Positions 1 through 11,280 of a stretch of 64,000 nucleotides of DNA are shown one piece after another. Source of the DNA: Takakia lepidozioides (lineage: Eukaryota; Plantae; Bryophyta); assembly GCA_030704615.1 (NCBI GenBank), contig CM060733.1:73470001-73534000 (forward strand), written 5' to 3'. The position numbers and the translations under genes were made by a program. Position 1 is the stretch's first letter. The number at the start of each line of letters is the position of its first letter. The notes under the pieces were generated by a model. It made no database searches and had not been told where the DNA came from. It saw nothing but the letters and a program-made list of their open reading frames with translations.

Positions 1-299
1 GGCAAGTCGGGCGAATTTGGGCACAGCCCTGTGCCGATGTACTCCACTTTGCCCCATCCAATGCAGGAAAATGCAGAGGACCTTCTCATTATGCTTACTA
101 ATTTGCGTTCCTCCTCCTGAAGCAGTGCAGCTTCGGCAACGAACTCGTTCTTCAATCTCTCCATGAGACGCAGCCTGGCCTGGGTATAAGCGGTCTTGAA
201 ATGCTGAGGCATTGCAAAAGAGAAAGATACAAGACAGATACGGAGAAAAGAGAAAAGAGAAAAGAGCAAGAGAGGTAAGAGCGAATGGGAGGATGGAGC

Positions 300-1700
300 G
301 GATTCAGACTATACCCGTTTCCCATCCAGGGTAGATGAAATATATTGGGCACTCATAATCATGCCTTGAACCCGACGGACAGACTCCGTTTTCCATCCAA
401 GGTAGATGAAAAAGATCGGGTACTCACAATCATCCACAGCTGGATATAAGCTGGATGAAATCAAGGTACAGGTTATAAAGACAAATCGTAGGTAGTAATG
501 AAAAACCAGACCCATTCCAAGGTTAAAGGGATGAAACCAGGATGAATTTCATCCAATTTCCCCGCAACCCAAGTTCTAAGTACAAAAAATATGGAAGTTG
601 GGATAACAATTCCAGAGAGAGAGGGAGAGAGAGGGAGAGAGAGGGATCCCACCAGCCAGCCCCTGGTATGGCAGGCCCTTACGGAGTAAGTGTGGTATGC
701 ACTCACCCCGTAAGGGAGTGCATACCAGACTCCATCTCCAAAAAGGATAGACTCTCCTTGCTCATCAGTAAAAACCTTTGGACTATGTGCCAGAAAGGAT
801 AATCAAGCTACTCCTTCTACTTACCAGGTAATCAGAAACAGTATAGTGAAATACATCCCTCTATTGGGTGTAACCTCTGTACAAGCCCCAAGGGATCCAT
901 TTTTTAAATTTAAAAAACAAAAAAAAACATGTGTAAGAAACCATCAGCCTTGTGTATGGTGTTTGCTTACTCTGGTTTTTTTTGTTGTTCCACCATCACA
1001 GGCATATCTACAATCAAGGGAGGATGACATACCATATTCAGGCTGTCAGAGATCATTCCCAAGCGCCGGCATTCTTGTGTGGTGCTACAAAGAGCAAAGC
1101 CACATCCAGGAGAAGCCAAAAAGCATTTGAGCCAAAGACAAACTAAATTCTGACATAAGGCATTGGCTACAGGGGACCAGCTAGCAAGAGTAATGTACAG
1201 TGACCGGATCATATAGAAGGTGTATACATATACTCCAATATATTGTCTTACCAGGGCCTAGCTCCTAGTATCAACATTTAGAGGTCTTGTTTGTGTGGTG
1301 CTACAAAGAGCGAAGCCACATCCAGGAGAAACAAAAAAGCATTTGAGCTGAGGTTACTCTCCATGCCCAAACCATCAGCTTTGCTAGAAAAAGCACATAC
1401 CTGGTTCAGTGTGAACCATGGCTTCCCGTGTCGCCTAGAGCTGGTACCCCAAGGTCTGCAGCTCATTAATCCACTTCGGAGCACTTGATCTTGGTGGAGT
1501 TCTGTAAAAAAAGCCTTGTTAGTGTAGCCTCTTAGAGACAAGCAACACCATAAGGCAGTCTGGAAATTCAGAAAGGTAATCAATGGATAGTGTATGCAGA
1601 AACCACTAAGCATACTGGACCAGAACAGAGGGAAGATACTTTTGTCATGTCAAGACAAAGACAAGACCACTAGGGTCTTTGTCAGAAAAATAAAGAGACA
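300..1700 (-). repeat. Inverted copy of the GGATGAAA-module family
   Basis: The reverse complement of 520-620 matches 44185-44270 (ggaattgttatcccaacttccat), and that of 1625-1690 matches 44025-44090. Confidence 0.7.
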
Positions 1701-4700
1701 TATCAGCCATTTTTCAATGGCACCATCCATCAACACCAAGCTGGAACAACCATAATTACCTTCATGCATCATAATGTGTCCATGTCAATAATTTATAAAA
1801 ACCAAAGAGTAGGTTAAGATATGATTCAGCATCAGTAGGAATCAGGATTAGCATCAGAGGTATGGGTGGGATGGTGGGTACATAGCCAGACCTTCCCTTC
1901 ATTCAACTTGAAAAAGTGTTTAGAGGCAACATTGTACATCATTGTGTTGCAGGTCAACCCTTGGTTGGTGTCAACAAGCTGGAAACCAGATGTTCTTAAT
2001 AAAACCACATGGGTATCATGTTGGTCTCTAAACCAGTTCATAACCAGAACCAGGCTGACTGCCCTTTCAACTTGGCCACACTTTGTCTTTAATGTGTTGC
2101 AGGTCAAGTGGTCATATCTATTTTACAACATAGTTGATTGATGTCCATAAGCTGAAATCCAGATGCACTTACCTAAACCACATGGGTGCCATGTTGACTA
2201 AAAAACAGGACTTGGGTACCTCAGATTTATGTAATCCTACTTGCCAGTATTTGTTTAAACTGGTCTGCAGTACAGCTTGAAAAAAGGACCAAGTTTTGGT
2301 GCCTTATCATTCCAAATCAACTACACATCAAATGCTGCATCACAAGGCTATGGTATGACAAATCATTCCAGGTTACACCTATGCCATTACTCATTGCTGC
2401 AGCTGAAAATCAAGGTTTATGACACAGCAAAGCAAGCATATGATACTGCAAAAATGACACATGACACTCCCCACATATCACATTTATACCACACCACATC
2501 TGATCTTGTCATTACACCATGCCCGGGGAGTACATTTTCAATTAAACTCCCTGGCTGCTTAAAAAACCAGTACCCAAAAGCATTCCTTCCATTTTTCATT
2601 GTCAACTGAGTGGCCACAACCATAACCTCCAACATACCATGGTTTGAGCATGCAACTATGAAAGATCATTGTAGTGGGCTGGCGCAGCAAGCTTTTTTGC
2701 ACTACGAACCAAATTTAGATTTTATAGATTTTTCATGCCCTTCTTTTTCACACTACACCACCATCTCCACCTTTCGAGTTAGGCATGCAAACATCTTCTG
2801 CATTCAAGTGTCCTAACATACAGTCAAACAAATGCACAAAAAACATGAGGGAAGGTTTCGGTGCTTGATCAGCTGCGCGCATCCCGATAGCACTGAGCTC
2901 TCACTCGAGGCTGCGTTGCCTACTGTTGCACGATGACCATCTACTCTTGAAGACGCGTCTCCTTCTTCCCCTTCGGCATTGGTCTGGGTCCGAAGTACAA
3001 CTTGCGGAGCTTGCGACGACGTCTCTTTTCTGGTGCAGGAACTTCCTCACTCTCAGGTTACAGCATAAGATAAACAAAGACTAGGGAAAGGGGCGAAGAG
3101 TGCAGATGGAAAGGGTGCAAGAGGGGTGAATGAGCAACCACAAAAAAAACTACATCAAACGGCGGGGATGTATTAACTCCTCTTCATCAATAATAGAAAT
3201 AAACAAGTACCCAATGCTTCTTTCCACTTCCAATGGTGCCAAAGCCTTTTGGCAAATCATGTCCTAGGGTTTCCCACATGAAATATGAACTTAAATCATA
3301 GCAAACTCATAGTGAACATCACCTCTTCAAGAGGGCTATTTTGTCAATCTATTTTCAAACTTCAAGTCATGGCTTGGAAAATAAATCACACTTCAAGTGT
3401 ATAAATGACAAGTAAGGAAATGTGTCAACCTTCCAAAGTGCGCAGTGCCTCTAATGCTCTAACGACTCGTGAATGGTACTCTATGCGGTCCTCATGCGGT
3501 ACTCGTCACTAGGTCCAACCGGCCTTTCCTACTCGTCTCCAGGTCTCCACACGGAATTGCATAACCTTCTTGCTCAAATTCAACAAGGCCTCAAGGCCAC
3601 AATGAACTAGGCTTCTTGCCTTAGTCCTCTAACAATTCTCCTATACTAGGGAGCTTCAAGCTCCACTCCTTAGGACCTAGGCCTCCTCAAGCAATTCTAG
3701 CAAAGCAACAACACATGAAGCAAGAGGAAAACTATGCAATGGAACTAGGTGAAGAGCAAGGAGAGCCTTGCTCTTCTTTTATACTGTTTTTGAGCCTAAC
3801 AAACTAATGAGAAATATTCATTAAAAACTATTGTATCCTTGAAGGATCTATAGTAGAATATTCAACATGGATGAAAAGTCTTAGGGGCAAATGAAAGCTG
3901 GCTTTTCATCCATCCTTATGGATGACCAGTTGGCGCGAGTTTTTATTTCATCCATCCAGCTCCTTAGGGCGAATTTAGGATTTTTCATCCATCCATGAAG
4001 TAAAAAAACTCAAATAATCGGCTCCCGTGAGTGTCGTCGACTCGATAATTTGGTGCTGTTGCTAATCTGCTCCATAAATCACCAAACTCGGTGACAAACT
4101 ACAATTACATACCCTGTATCAGCTCGTAAATTCTCAGGTCCATCGGTGGTAAAAAATTTCTCTTTTTGCCATTCGTCATAATTTCGCTACATAAAAAATT
4201 TGTTGTCTTTTGGAAATCAAATCCCTGGTGGTGGCTCTAGGGTCTTTGACCCTGCCACTGAGTCATAGGTTGTCCGGAGTCCCCTCCAGTTGTCCCGCAC
4301 CGCTAACAAGTCCCTGCTTCGCCGTTTGAAGACGTTGTGACTTGTTGTCGTTCCGATGCAGCCTTTCGCTTTGTTGCAATATTTCATCGCTGTACATGTT
4401 GTTTCTTCCAATTGTGAAGCTCCTCGCCGTGTGTTCCTACCGAACTTGAAAGGCGGGAGAACAGAGAGATCGCAATCTGGGACTAGAACAGTCGTCATGT
4501 ATTGTTTGAACAGGATTACCTTGTCGTTACTGTTATCGAATTGGCAGCCTAATCTGCTATCGATGCAGCTTCCTATGGTCATCTTGACGCCAGAGCTCCT
4601 CTCCATGGTCGTCGCAGACACTGTCTAATTTCCTACGTGTTTTACCAACGATTTTCAGATAACTAACAAACTATCTTGTTTTTGCAGTACAATGTCGAAA

Positions 4701-5019
4701 CCGCTTGTCTTATGAAAAAAAAACGATCTGAAAAGAAAGTTGTACCAATATATGCATCTACACTCCAACCAGGCTAAATTATGTAGATTCCAATGAAGTG
4801 GGGGTGCTTAAGGAAGGCATGTCAGCATGCTCCCAATGTGGCTGTTTGGCATGCTTTCCTTAAGCTCTGTGTCAGATGAATTGAAGGTCAGATGGTGGGT
4901 TCTGTTGCAACGTATGTCCAACATCATATATCGTAAGGTAATCGGCTCTAAATTTCCCTGACAGGGTCGCCATGTCAAATGGGCAAAGGCCTAGCAGAGA
5001 GTGGAAGAGGTTTCAAGGA

Positions 5020-5620
5020 TCTGAAGTTAGACATACCACTTCCCTAAACTTGTTTCCAGTTTGTGACACGGGGAGGACATCATGAATGACCTCAGGGGTT
5101 TACCCCCTCTTGGCACTAGACTGGAAATTAAGTAGAAGGGCAGGAAGCCTACCTTTGAACATGAATTAGATGGAAGAGGAAAGGGATAGTGCAATTGTAT
5201 GTTGTGTGGCCAACCTGCAGATAGTATTCATTTTCCGATTCACTGTCCGGGGTTGTCTCACCAGAGTGACTCTCTCCTGGAATTTGTGAAGGGGGTGTTG
5301 TGTCTGAACACTTGTCTTTTGCCCCAAAATTGTCTGAAGAGCTTGAGGTTAGGCAGGCCACTCTCGGCACAAGACTATAAATTCCCGGACCCTGAATCAG
5401 GTAATGAATATTGTCTTCGGGTTGCCCACACTGTGACGGGCAATTGCACTCTCCCTTTCCTCTCTACTTTTGTTTGTTGTTCGAAGGTAGGCTTCCAGCC
5501 CTGAGTTTAAATTTAGTCTGGTGCCGAGAGTGGGTGGACCCTTCAGGTCATCCATGATGTCCTCCCCCATGTCACAGACTGCAAACAAGTTCAGGAAAGT
5601 ATTCTGCCTAACTTCATTTC
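5020..5620. repeat. Diverged inverted repeat (arms ~5020-5260 and ~5380-5620)
   Basis: gaagttag...aacttgttt..agt.tgtgaca.ggggaggacatcatg...ggcac.agact...ggaagcctacctt...gaggaaaggga.agtgcaattg appears on both strands; a third partial copy lies at ~7125-7210. Confidence 0.75.
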
Positions 5621-5911
5621 CATCAGACAATATTCTGGAAATAGACATGGCTTTGGACACTACAGCCTCTAAGTCCGATTTATCCAGCGGTATCAACGCT
5701 ATACATGACAACTTTAAAATCCCCATCCCCCCATTCATTAGTGTTTCAAAGCAATCCACCTCACGGCACTCCGATCCCTCATAGCTATTATTACCAACAA
5801 ATGGCAACTGGAATCCAAATCTACGTCAATACCCTAGGTACAAAGGGTCCCCCTGGGTACCGTGTGTACCCCTGGTTACATGGTGTTCCGCCTGGGACAT
5901 TTGTTTTCTCA

Positions 5912-5996
5912 TAGGGCCCACCCCCCGAAAGGGGGCAGTAGCCGCAAGGTGAAGTGGCTCTTAGTTACGCCGGCTTCGGCCGGAGTCTTCTCTCTC
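5912..5996 (+). mobile_element. Short structured retroposon 3' end, family A copy 1
   Basis: Near-identical to the reverse complement of 17933-18024; hairpins with GAAA, GCAA and TTCG loops and a (CT)n tail. The 5' limit is uncertain. Confidence 0.75.
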
Positions 5997-5999
5997 TAC

Positions 6000-6783
6000 A
6001 AGGCTTATCTCACACCGGTGTGAGAATGAGCCAGATAATGTAAGTTAATCCACACAATGGGGTGGAACTATATGATGTGGCATGCTGACTATACATGGTG
6101 TGAGAAAGGTTACTGGGCTTAATTTACACTAGTGTAAATTATGCCACATTGGTAGTACACGTCGATTAAGGGACTCAGAGGTGGCATGCTGACTAGACAT
6201 GGTGTGAGAAATGTTACTGGGCTTATTTTACACTAGTGTGGATTATGCACATTGGTAGGGCAAACTTTGTTATGTTTATATACAATCAAACCACTTATGA
6301 TATGCATGTATGTGTAATAGGTGTGTTGGTTAGTGTATAGTGACTTAATGATGTTATAATAAGGAGGTCTTAGGTTCAAATGTGTATTGTCTAGTAATAT
6401 GTGGGATGGTGTGCGGTAAACCATTGACTTGGGATGGGGCTGGGTCAACGGTCAACACATATTTAAAATTTGAAATTTGAATTTTGAATTTTGAATTTTG
6501 AATTTTGAATTCGCCACATTGTCAAGCAGGGTGCAAGACAAGCGGTCAAAAAATCCAGTCGAAACGGGTGTAAGAAAAAACCATGTCAAAAAAGCAAGAC
6601 AGACCGGGTGCCACGTCAGGGTGTAAATGGGTATAAGATGGCTTTTTTGACACCACTGGCTTTTCTATAGGGTGGCGGAATCAACACGGTTTACCTGACA
6701 CCCAGGGGGGTGTGAGCATGTGGCTTTTTTTACACCTGCAGGTGTAAAAAATGGTGTAAAAAAAACCAGTTTCTCTTGTACTG
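6000..6783. mobile_element. Probable degenerate CACTA end
   Basis: A ~103-bp tandem duplication (6078/6181), (tttgaa)n, ggtgtaa/ttacacc repeats, ending ttctcttgtactg (one mismatch from TAGTG). Confidence 0.45.
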
Positions 6784-7323
6784 CATGCACTCCTTAAGCA
6801 CCCCCACTTGAATGGATTATGAACAGACTTAGCCTGGTTGGAGTTATGAACCCATATTGCAGATGCGTACTACAAGGCAGGTCTAATAACTTGACAAAGC
6901 AAGGTTTTATTGACCTCAAAGTTGATCCCTCTGCATGCGGAAAATTTAGTGAGACCCAGCGCTTTGCCCTTGCCAGTTTGAACAACTAATTTCTGAATAT
7001 GTGCATCCCAGTTACAATTGAAGGATTGCATCAACGCCCAGGGATGTGTAGGAAGGGAAGGAAGGAAACAGTGCCCGAGAATGCAATTGTGTAGGGTCCA
7101 AAGCCTTGTCTTCTGCCAGCAAATAGGCATACCACTTCCCGGCACATGTTTCTAGTCTTGACATGGGGGAGGGCACCATGGATGACGTGAACGCTTTACC
7201 CACTTTTTGCCTTGTTTTGTTTGTCACTGCAGGGACTGTAAATGCTTTGTCAGGGCAGGTGGGGTTTGTTTGTAGGGTTTTTTTGGGTTTGCAGCACTGA
7301 AGGACCTCTTTTGTTGGGCGTGC

Positions 7324-8393
7324 TTGCAGAGGCAGGCTCCGGGAGCGCCAGCCATTGCAGACCAAACTGCAGCACCTGGGTTGACACCTTGGGAGACTCG
7401 ACCGCCTCCCCAACAACCTCCCCCATCGTATACACAGGGGTTTCCAGCCAGTTGCATACAGGCACCACCGTACAATCCACAACCCTGGCAACCCCCTGCT
7501 GGCGGGTGGTCCTCGCAAATCCAACCATGGGCTCCGCCACCTCGTCGAGGTCAATGGCAGTGGCTTGAGGCTGCAAACCACGGCACAACCCAGTGGGCGC
7601 CACCTCCCACTCCTTCATACGCCCCTCCCCCCAGCGGAACATGGTCATCCCCCCCTACAGGAAATGTGAACGAGCCTGAAGTGTACGATACCACCAACCG
7701 TGCTTCGCAGCTCAGCAAAGGAACGCCGTCAAATTCAACTGGCGTGGGAAGGAGAAGGGGCTGTCAGGGTGGCGCCAACGGGCAAATCGATGCAGCTTGC
7801 GCTGGCAAAGACAATTGGTAGCGGGATTTGCGGTCATTGGCGTTGAGGTACTTCGACAGAGTGTGCAACACATAACCAACAAGACAAGTCAACTGTGACG
7901 ACTGTTTTGGAAAGCATCGACTTCGTATACAAGTACACTCCGATCCCCGTCAAGGCGGAGTATGTTCTGAAGGCGACAGGGAAGATAATGAAAGGCGAAC
8001 GCAAAAGATTAAAGGATATTTGGGAGAAAACAGGAGAACGGCCCCTAGCTATTGAACCCCGTGTTTGGGAATCCCTCGTTGAGTACTGGGGGTCCCCCGG
8101 TGGCAAAGCTAAGTCGAGCGCGATGAAGGACGCACGGGCACACGTGGGGAAGCTATCACATTGGGGCTGCGGCGGGATTGCTGGAGCTCATGCCCGTATG
8201 GTAACGCAAATTCAATTTCCACCTATCTCTGTTACCAGTTGAATTCATTTATTTGCAACATGTTTTTATTTATTTATTATTTATTTGGTAATATATTTTA
8301 ATTAATAAATATAATATTCCACGTGGACGATTGGACGGTGGTAGATTGTGAGTGGTTAAAGACACCTCAGTGACTGGTACCACTCTTGTAGTG
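7324..8393 (+). pseudogene. CACTA TnpA-like fragment with a possible terminus
   Basis: Pro-rich N-terminus, then RP..IEPRVWESLVEYWGS...KSSAMKDAR...SHWGCGG and an intron donor; cttgTAGTG ends at 8393. Confidence 0.65.
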
Positions 8394-9764
8394 ATACATG
8401 AAAATGTTTAAGTGGTTTGTGCACCCGTGGCAGACTTTAAAAAACATACAAGTGTCCAAATCATTGTAGGATGATGCTATTGAACATATGGTTCCAAACA
8501 ATCAACTTTATTTTGAATCTGAATCACAATATTCATTCTCTGAAGCACTTTCAAGTTTCCTCAACTGGAACAATGTTTGGTCATACAAAACTAGCTTGAA
8601 ATATGGTAGCCAACATAGCCAATTCTTCTCCACTTAGAGCCGTGGCACCATCTAATGACCTAGGTATGGGCTGATCTGATAAGGTAGAGGGTGCCCGTAG
8701 ACCATCAAAATTTGCATTTTCTCCAATGTCCAAACTTCAACGATGAATTTTAGAATGAAAATAAATTAAGCCAGTTCCAAAAATATAAAATTTCCAAATA
8801 ATTGAACTCACTACAAGGCTTGAAAATAGATGTTTACATTTCATTCAAATTTTTATATGTCACATCTAGTAGATAAGCCTAATAATTTGTGAGCTGTAGC
8901 TCCTAGGTGTTTCCATTTATTTTTTATTTTTTTTAAATAGATAATCTAATATACTTTGGAAAAATCTATAGACTTTTTGCAAGAGCCCAAAAATGAGGTG
9001 TAGGTGGGTAGCATTGTAAGCCCTGAAGCTACCCCCCAAAAAACTACGTCAAACAGGTTTCATATGACCCGGATATGGCCAAACATGCATTACATAATTT
9101 AAATTTGGTCATATTAATTAGTTCATTTTTGCCTTTATCGATTTCTACTACCACTTCATAACATTGTACTCATTACAATAAAGTGAAATTCTTATACCGT
9201 ACCACATATAAAAAGGACGTAGCAGGATTTGAGCCCCAAACCACTGGGGTAACAAAAAGTGTACTATCCAATAAAAGTTCAAAAAATTCAAAATAGATTT
9301 AGGGTTGCGAGGTTGTGTGTTGAACGATGAGTCTTGGACTTGGTCGTTTTTCTGTGTTTGTGTCGTGGGATGATTTGCAGGTGCATAGCTAGGGTCTGAG
9401 ATGGAAGCTTTGGAAGGCACATGCGCTCAAGCGATGCGGGGAGGGTTGAGCTCGATAGCTTTGGAGACATGCGCGCAATCGATGCGGGGAGGGTTGAAGC
9501 TCGACAGCTTCCTGGTTTTTTCATACGACCCTCAATATCGTCTTCTCCACCTTCCTCTCTACCCCATCTTTCTTTCACATTGTCTGCTTCTCCTTGGTTC
9601 ACGCGCAAACGCTCTCCAACTCTCCATCAATCTCGCTCCCACCCTCTTCATTTCTCATGCTTTTGCTGCAGTAGGTCGCTCGAGGCTTGGGTCTTCTGTT
9701 GTCGGTTCTTTAGGGGCACCATTGCCAGGAAGTTGTATTCTCGGGCTCAGCCATTTATATATTC

Positions 9765-10439
9765 ATGAAGGGAAAAGAGGTCCATTATGGGCAGATGCGG
9801 GATGTGATGTTATATATCACACCAGTCATGTCCGATCAGTCCATTTCGGACGATGAATCTGAACTTAGGAATCAGCCAGTAGAACACTCACTAGAGGATG
9901 TAGATCCCGAGCTAGCAGCACTGCAGAGGCTTCCCGAACCAGGGGATATCTTTGAGGATTTGAGGCCAACGGGCAATACTAGATATAGTTTATGGACAAT
10001 GGGACAAGTAGTAGAGTTCAAAGAAGGTGATGTGCTTATCCGCTTGGAGCACCAAGGATATAAGTCTAGGATGCTTGTGTGGGAAATGATAGACACCATC
10101 AGTAAAGGTAGAGAGTGGTTGGTCACCAAACGTGAGATCTTGTCATACAAGAATCCACTAAGAGGAGTTGTCAAGCACTGATAACACTGGTGAAACATGC
10201 CAGATCTGGATCAGACATCAATGACTAATCATCCAGAGGTAGGAGATGTTTTGATTTCATATAGTTTAGATCCGTCGCCATATACTAACCCAAGACCAGT
10301 GTTTTACCATCAATCGTCAAGAGCGCATAATGGAGACCTCTGTGTACGAGTCATACATGCTGGAAACCGGGTAACAGTAGTATTATGGGTCAGAGCAGCA
10401 TATGCTTGGTTAATGGTTTCCGCCATGTCAAGAAGAGTA
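9765..10439 (+). CDS. Two tandem intronless ORFs of unknown function; the second is cut by the CACTA terminus at 10440
   Basis: 9765-10181 and 10197- are in the same frame, with protein-like composition and a recurring PExGD[IV] motif. Confidence 0.35.
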
Positions 10440-11280
10440 CACTACAACAGATTGCGGCTTTTACGTCTTTGTGTTATGACTGCAAATGCAGTCATGGAAG
10501 CCATTTACGACTTCCTGACTCTGAAGACGTAAAAGCCTAGTCAGTTGTGACATGGCAGATATGACTCTCCAGGCTGGCTGTGACGTGGCGCCAGACCAGC
10601 TGTGTGGGGTAGTCATACCCGCTGGCTTTATTGAATGACTGAACGGATAGTGTAGTCCATGTCAACCGCGGTGTAAGACAGACACGTGGTGGCTACAGAA
10701 CATGCCACGTGTCAAGACTGCGACGCCATCCCTGACTGCCAACTATGACAACGGAGGAGGGAATCAAACGACAACACGTGTCGCGTCATAGAAGAAACAC
10801 GTGGTGCGACATATCATTGCCACATGTCACTGTGGGGGAGGGGGCTTCGCAGTCACATGTATGTCTTTATGGGGGGGAATTTGGGGACACCACGTGCCGT
10901 TCATGTGTGCCCACGTGCTGGACTTTCGTGAGCTGCGGTGGATTCTTGCCAGTCATACGTACGACTGGCGCAATACAGTATATTCCATGAACAGGGGATT
11001 CCATGAGGACGTTGTAGTCCCAGGTGATGCCATGTGCACAATCCTCTAAACCTCACATGATGCTTCGTAGACATACATTTGACTGGACGTTTTGCATACG
11101 GAGTCATAGGTCCAACTGAGCGGGGACCTTAGGGGGTCACGTGTCGAAATGTAATATGTGGATACACATATCATATTGGGTTCGGTACTCATGGTTATGA
11201 CTCTGGACGGACACGTGGATATGCCACAGAGGCAGCCAATAGGGTGCCACGTGCATATGCCATACAACATCACAATCCTG
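10440..11280 (+). mobile_element. CACTA terminus with subterminal repeats
   Basis: CACTACAACAGATTGCGGCTTTTA at 10440, followed by a field rich in cacgtg/gtcat/atgac motifs. Confidence 0.8.

Noticed and set aside
5912-5996. Family A/B motif as a hammerhead ribozyme
   Set aside because: It has GTC and several stems but lacks the CUGANGA/GAAA core on either strand.
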